Shown here: positions 7,259-11,004 of the stretch, in pieces
How positions within the stretch are numbered: position 1 is the first letter of the stretch
How the letters are laid out: every line of letters starts with the position of its first letter
Source: an uncultured archaeon
Lineage (GTDB): Archaea > Asgardarchaeota > Heimdallarchaeia > Heimdallarchaeales > Heimdallarchaeaceae
DNA: 11,004 nt
NCBI GenBank assembly: GCA_964549075.1
Contig: CAZJUB010000089.1
Span: forward strand, 1 to 11,004
Direction of reading: 5' to 3'
Notes under the pieces: model-generated
Seen by the model: only the letters and a program-made list of their open reading frames with translations
Databases searched by the model: none
Told to the model about the DNA's origin: nothing
Translations under genes and position numbers: made by a program

Positions 7259-8419
7259 CTAAAATACTGGTGGAGTCTCTAAAGGATAAGGATCAGAATT
7301 TCCACCAATCCCTTCTATAATATAACTACCAATCCCTAAGAAATCATCCCAATAATTTCCTGTGTTTGTGTCAACATCATACCAGATATTTACACTATCA
7401 TCATATGCTTGAGATGATCCATAAGCTGAATTATTCAAGAAAGTATTATGATAGATATAATTGATATCATTATTTACTTCAATGGAAATTGCATAAATAT
7501 AATTCAATTCAAAATAATTGGAAGTTATTGTACTAGTATCTACATTAGAGTAAAAATAGACTCCCATAGCATTGTAAGTAAAATAATTGTTCTTGATATA
7601 AAGTAGAGAATTCTTCTCCAAGTATATTCCAAAGTAATTATATTCAATTTCATTGTTTTCAATAATTGAAGCTCTTGATTTTAACAAGATAATTCCATAA
7701 GAATTATGAGAAATCACACTTGATTCTATTCTAATAACAGCAGATTCTTCTACAGAAAATCCTTTATGATTATTATTGACTTCACACTCAGAGACACTAG
7801 TACTAGCTGAATAACCGATATAGATACCTAAATTATTATTCTTACTTACACATTGAGTAAGGCTAGCAAGCTGTGAATAATAAATTATTATACCAATTTC
7901 GTTGTTTTTACAAGTATTTTCTGTTAATATACAACCAGATGAAGAATCAACAATAATTCCATACCCATTATTATTACATTCATTTCCAATTAGAGCAGTT
8001 TGTGGTGAATAATAAATTACGATACCTATTCCTGGATTTGCGTCACAAATATTCTTTGATATAACCGCACTGCCTGGAGCTACTGATTCAATCGAAATTC
8101 CTATCTTTGTAGCATTGATATAACAATTCTCTATTACAAAATACTTCTTTGTATTCCAGATACTTATACCAATTAAACTATCAGTAGTTATATTATACTC
8201 TGAAATCCTATATGGATTGCTTTCGGTTCCTCTGCCTGGAAAATCATAATCTTCAAAATCATCATCACCCCAAATTACTATTGCTCCATGTTCAACATAA
8301 TTGATAACATCATTATCATTTTTATATTCTAGAACAACAAAAGTCACCGTAACTGCAGAAATTGCTAGGATAAGTGTTGTGATTGCTCCAATCAAGATAG
8401 GCTTTCTTGTAAGTATCAT
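7259..8419 (-). CDS. Membrane-anchored right-handed parallel beta-helix (NosD/CASH-like) surface protein
   Basis: N-terminal TM helix, G.GTESNPY.I motif, ~22-aa repeats of NN..GI.(I/L)..S, and C-terminal GNYWDD and DPYPL. GGTGA RBS precedes the ATG. Confidence 0.88.
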   Translation of the reverse strand: MILTRKPILIGAITTLILAISAVTVTFVVLEYKNDNDVINYVEHGAIVIWGDDDFEDYDFPGRGTESNPYRISEYNITTDSLIGISIWNTKKYFVIENCYINATKIGISIESVAPGSAVISKNICDANPGIGIVIYYSPQTALIGNECNNNGYGIIVDSSSGCILTENTCKNNEIGIIIYYSQLASLTQCVSKNNNLGIYIGYSASTSVSECEVNNNHKGFSVEESAVIRIESSVISHNSYGIILLKSRASIIENNEIEYNYFGIYLEKNSLLYIKNNYFTYNAMGVYFYSNVDTSTITSNYFELNYIYAISIEVNNDINYIYHNTFLNNSAYGSSQAYDDSVNIWYDVDTNTGNYWDDFLGIGSYIIEGIGGNSDPYPLETPPVF

Positions 8420-8477
8420 TTTTTCACCACATAACTGTTTTCTTGAGAATTGATGAATAATTGCTTGATTCTTTGTT

Positions 8478-8504
8478 ACAACTCAAACAGAACTTTGTTG
8501 TAAC
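8478..8504 (-). promoter_or_regulatory. Box array A: three RNAAC half-sites at 11-bp period upstream of the beta-helix gene
   Basis: On +: ACAAC 8478-8482, AGAAC 8489-8493, GTAAC 8500-8504. It also forms the inverted repeat GTTACAAC-N14-GTTGTAAC (8475-8504). Confidence 0.55.
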
Positions 8505-8569
8505 CAAGTTTTTCTTTTCATTTTCATCAATTTCAATATTTAAGGCTTTTAATATATTTTGAGGAGACT

Positions 8570-9640
8570 TCATTCAATCACCTTCATCCCGCTTTCTGTC
8601 AATCTAATGACAAAATTCCTTCCCCATCGTTCTCGTTTCACAAGTCCTTGTTCTACTAACGGTGTAATATTTCGAGAAATTCTCGATTTAGTAAAACCTG
8701 TTTCTGCACACAATTCTTTTTGCAAAATCTTCCCATTATTTTCAGAAATTAAACGCAAAAGTGTTTTTTGAGTCTCAGACAAATAAATAGTAGAAATCTG
8801 TCGGACAACCTTTTTCTCTCTTTTTCTCATGAATAGGATAGTTAAACCAGCACCAAGGATTATACCACCAAGTACTCCAAGTACTATTGCCGTTACAGGA
8901 GTATCTTGAAGAGGTTTGTTAAATCTTACAAAGATAAAAGAGTCTTCTAAAGCATTAAGATTCTCAAATGTCCAAGATAAATAGACACGCTGACCAGCTA
9001 ATGCAAAGCCATCAGAGGGGAAATAAGATGTAAGACCGTCTTCTTCATGAATGAAACTCCGTTCTGGAATCTTTACTTCTATAAGCTGTTCTTCAGTGAA
9101 GTAGGTTACAGAAGAAGAAAATTCGAAATAATAATAAGAGTGTCCATTTTCAGCAACAGGATAGCGTTCTAAATTGTACCAGATATCAAAAGAAGTAGTA
9201 CTATTAGCAACTAATTCAGTGCGAAAAGAGATATCAACTAGATGTGATGATTCAGAGATCGCAGTATCATCAAATATCAAACTGCCATTATAATCTGTTA
9301 CAATTAAATTTGACATGGTTTGGTTAATCCACACTTCAATTGAATCTAAAGTTGAATTTTGAGTGTTCCTTACAGTAAATCTCTCAGCTACTTTAATCTC
9401 ATCAATCTGAATAATATCAATCTTGATATTGTGCGTTTCAACTGTGAAAAGGTAAGGATCTAAGGACATTGAAGGTGAAGATTTTTTTTGAGAAGAGAAT
9501 GCTAATGCATCACTTGATATAAAGGCAAATAGAATGATGAAAAATAATATGATTTCTCCTGTAAGTTTTAATTTGCCTTTCACTTGTAAAATCCTCTCTA
9601 AATATCTAATAAATCTTCTCTCTAGTAGTACTTGTACCAT
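8570..9640 (-). CDS. Membrane-anchored transcriptional regulator: signal peptide, extracellular domain, TM helix, C-terminal winged HTH (COG2512-like)
   Basis: Hydrophobic N-terminal segment ending ALA, a ~200-aa beta-rich domain with N-x-S/T sequons, TM AIVLGVLGGIILGAGLTILF followed by RKREKK, then LSETQKTLL...GKILQKELCAETGFTKSRISRNITPLVEQGLVKRERWGR. Alternative GTG start at 9583. Confidence 0.85.
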   Translation of the reverse strand: MVQVLLERRFIRYLERILQVKGKLKLTGEIILFFIILFAFISSDALAFSSQKKSSPSMSLDPYLFTVETHNIKIDIIQIDEIKVAERFTVRNTQNSTLDSIEVWINQTMSNLIVTDYNGSLIFDDTAISESSHLVDISFRTELVANSTTSFDIWYNLERYPVAENGHSYYYFEFSSSVTYFTEEQLIEVKIPERSFIHEEDGLTSYFPSDGFALAGQRVYLSWTFENLNALEDSFIFVRFNKPLQDTPVTAIVLGVLGGIILGAGLTILFMRKREKKVVRQISTIYLSETQKTLLRLISENNGKILQKELCAETGFTKSRISRNITPLVEQGLVKRERWGRNFVIRLTESGMKVIE

Positions 9641-9684
9641 GAATGAAAGACAAACACTATTTAATTATACTATGAAATCCGAAC

Positions 9685-9700
9685 AGAACTTAACTGCAAC
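9685..9700 (-). promoter_or_regulatory. Box array B: RNAAC half-sites at 11-bp period upstream of the regulator
   Basis: AGAAC 9685-9689 and GCAAC 9696-9700. Shares the 10-mer AACAGAACTT with array A. A TATA-like TATAATTAAATA lies on - at 9669-9658. Confidence 0.5.
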
Positions 9701-9751
9701 AATGGTTCTATATTTCAATTCACTAAAAAAATGCTTTATTTTTACAATTTT

Positions 9752-9790
9752 AAAAGGAAAAGTAGGATGCAAATGCATCCTTTTTTCTTC
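9752..9790. terminator. Hairpin flanked by T-tracts on both strands; terminator-like
   Basis: AGGATGCA-AA-TGCATCCT (9764-9781), followed by TTTTTCTTC on + and ACTTTTCCTTTT on -. Confidence 0.6.
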
Positions 9791-9900
9791 CACTGCTTTA
9801 AATCAAATAATAAGGTTTTGAAAAGAAACGCGATTTTCGCACATCCGTTTTAAAGGAAGTGAATGATCAGTTTCTTTTTGTGGTTTGCTAGACCACAATT
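9752..9900 (-). ncRNA. Putative structured non-coding RNA (~150 nt)
   Basis: Three consecutive stem-loop domains, an upstream TATA-like TTTATTAT (9928-9921 on -) and box array C, and a terminal hairpin followed by a U-rich tail. Confidence 0.45.
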
Positions 9901-9945
9901 AAACAATCACACAAACATTGATAATAAATTGGTAATTTCTTTCTC

Positions 9946-9972
9946 GGAACTATAACGCAACTGGAAGGTAAC
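9946..9972 (-). promoter_or_regulatory. Box array C: three GNAACT half-sites at 11-bp period
   Basis: GGAAC 9946-9950, GCAAC 9957-9961, GTAAC 9968-9972, each followed by T. Confidence 0.55.
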
Positions 9973-10021
9973 TATTAACTAGAACGTAGAATATCTCTAA
10001 ATATTCCATTTATGTTTATAA

Positions 10022-10029
10022 TTTATATA
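10022..10029 (+). promoter_or_regulatory. TATA box for a probably leaderless transcript of the Cys-rich gene
   Basis: TTTATATA ends 24 nt before ATG 10053, and no RBS is evident. Confidence 0.55.
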
Positions 10030-10052
10030 GTCTAATACTACATTGTAAATAG

Positions 10053-10412
10053 ATGTCTCAGATAGATTTAATTTCATTTTGTGGTATCAATTGTTCAGAA
10101 TGTCCTGCTTATATTGCTAAAAGAACTGATGACTGGGATTTGAGAGAGAAAACTGCTAAAGAATGGTCAAGTCCTGAATACCCCATTAAACCAGAAGAAA
10201 TCAATTGTGATGGGTGTATAACTAGAGATAAACAACTAATTTCTTTCTGTAATAGCTGTCATGTGAGAAATTGTGGAGTGGAGAGAGATGTTCAAAACTG
10301 TGCTCATTGTGAAGATTACTTATGTGATAAACTTGAAAATCTTTGGAAAATGTTCAAGACAAACGAAGCAAAAGAAAATTTGGTTAAAGTAAGAAGTAAA
10401 TTGGCATCATGA
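10053..10412 (+). CDS. DUF3795-like cysteine-rich protein
   Basis: CGINCSECPAY, CDGC, CNSCHVRNC and NCAHCEDYLC pattern. Confidence 0.85.
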   Translation: MSQIDLISFCGINCSECPAYIAKRTDDWDLREKTAKEWSSPEYPIKPEEINCDGCITRDKQLISFCNSCHVRNCGVERDVQNCAHCEDYLCDKLENLWKMFKTNEAKENLVKVRSKLAS

Positions 10413-10460
10413 ACATTTAGGTTTCGAATAAGAAAAATATAAGAAGAAAGAAGTATCTTT

Positions 10461-11003
10461 CTAACTATAAGGTTCTATTCTTCTTTTTAGCCATACAGAA
10501 GCTAGAATTAACAAGGAAAATGAAATTATAAGATAGGAAGAAGTATTAGTTTTAGTAGTTTCACTTGAAGGAGTAGTAGTAACAATATTTTCTAAAGATA
10601 TAGTGATTGTGTCTTCTATCGTTGTTTCATTAAGAGATTCATTGAACACATGTACATCAATTAGCAATTCTGATTCTGTAACAGTTACATTACAATAGTG
10701 GTAATCAGAGAAATAGACATCATTTTCAAGAGCGCCACTGGTATCCCCTGCATTAGCTAAAGGAGCACCTGCTCCTCCCGTTACTATATGCTGAATTCCT
10801 TGTCTTTTTGTGTTGTAGTAATAATGATCATGCCCTGCAAAAGTTAAAATAACATTATATTCAAGGAACAGCGGTTCAAGAACCGCACCTATAGCTGAAG
10901 CTTGAATAGATCTTGATGAATCTCTTACAGAATAGCAAGGCCTATGAAATATAGCAATCGTGGTAATCATAGTATTGGTACATAAATCGATAGTTATCCA
11001 ATA
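10461..11003 (-). CDS. Calcineurin-like metallophosphoesterase (purple acid phosphatase-like), C-terminal part, membrane-anchored
   Basis: FHRP, FAGHDHYY and VTGGAGAPL motifs, then an S/T-rich linker, TM helix and KRR. The frame stays open to the window edge, so the Met at 10970 is internal. Confidence 0.85.
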   Translation of the reverse strand, partial: YWITIDLCTNTMITTIAIFHRPCYSVRDSSRSIQASAIGAVLEPLFLEYNVILTFAGHDHYYYNTKRQGIQHIVTGGAGAPLANAGDTSGALENDVYFSDYHYCNVTVTESELLIDVHVFNESLNETTIEDTITISLENIVTTTPSSETTKTNTSSYLIISFSLLILASVWLKRRIEPYS

Positions 11004-11004
11004 G

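Noticed and set aside
7500-8200. Repetitive Asn/Ile-rich sequence
   Set aside because: Explained by protein-level beta-helix repeats, not a DNA repeat or CRISPR array.
8559-9821. Plus-strand ORFs 8559-8771 and 9534-9821
   Set aside because: They are antisense to the regulator. The second also runs through promoter elements and a terminator-like hairpin and has no recognisable features.
9835-9870. Hammerhead-like CUGAUCA...CGAAA on the minus strand
   Set aside because: The core needs CUGANGA with a C3-G8 pair. Here position 8 is C, and stems II/III and the NUH site do not assemble properly.
9821-9878. Possible SECIS-like hairpin
   Set aside because: There is no proper AUGA/GA quartet with a matching upper stem, and no adjacent gene with an in-frame UGA.

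Overview
AT-rich archaeal DNA. TATA boxes, GGTGA/AGGTGG ribosome-binding sites, leaderless starts, a PGF-CTERM-type anchor and a membrane-anchored beta-helix protein all point to an archaeon; an Asgard (Heimdallarchaeia-like) source is plausible but is inference. In order, the window holds: the 5' end of a secreted Cys-Ntn hydrolase missed by the ORF track; a possible small ORF; an HExxE hypothetical protein; an AprA/AsfA-like FAD flavoprotein coupled to a 2x[4Fe-4S] ferredoxin; a znuACB-type metal ABC importer with a divergent, atypical DtxR/MntR-family regulator; a GNAT acetyltransferase; a NosD-like beta-helix surface protein; a transmembrane sensor with a C-terminal winged HTH; a DUF3795-like Cys-rich protein; and the 3' part of a membrane-anchored metallophosphoesterase. 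The best candidate for an undescribed system is 7259-9972. An 11-bp-periodic RNAAC(T) box array recurs about 20-25 nt upstream of TATA-like elements in front of three minus-strand units: the beta-helix gene, the transmembrane wHTH regulator itself, and an unannotated ~150-nt structured putative ncRNA. This suggests a small regulon run by a membrane-tethered one-component regulator that includes an sRNA. No tRNA, rRNA, CRISPR array or transposase was seen.
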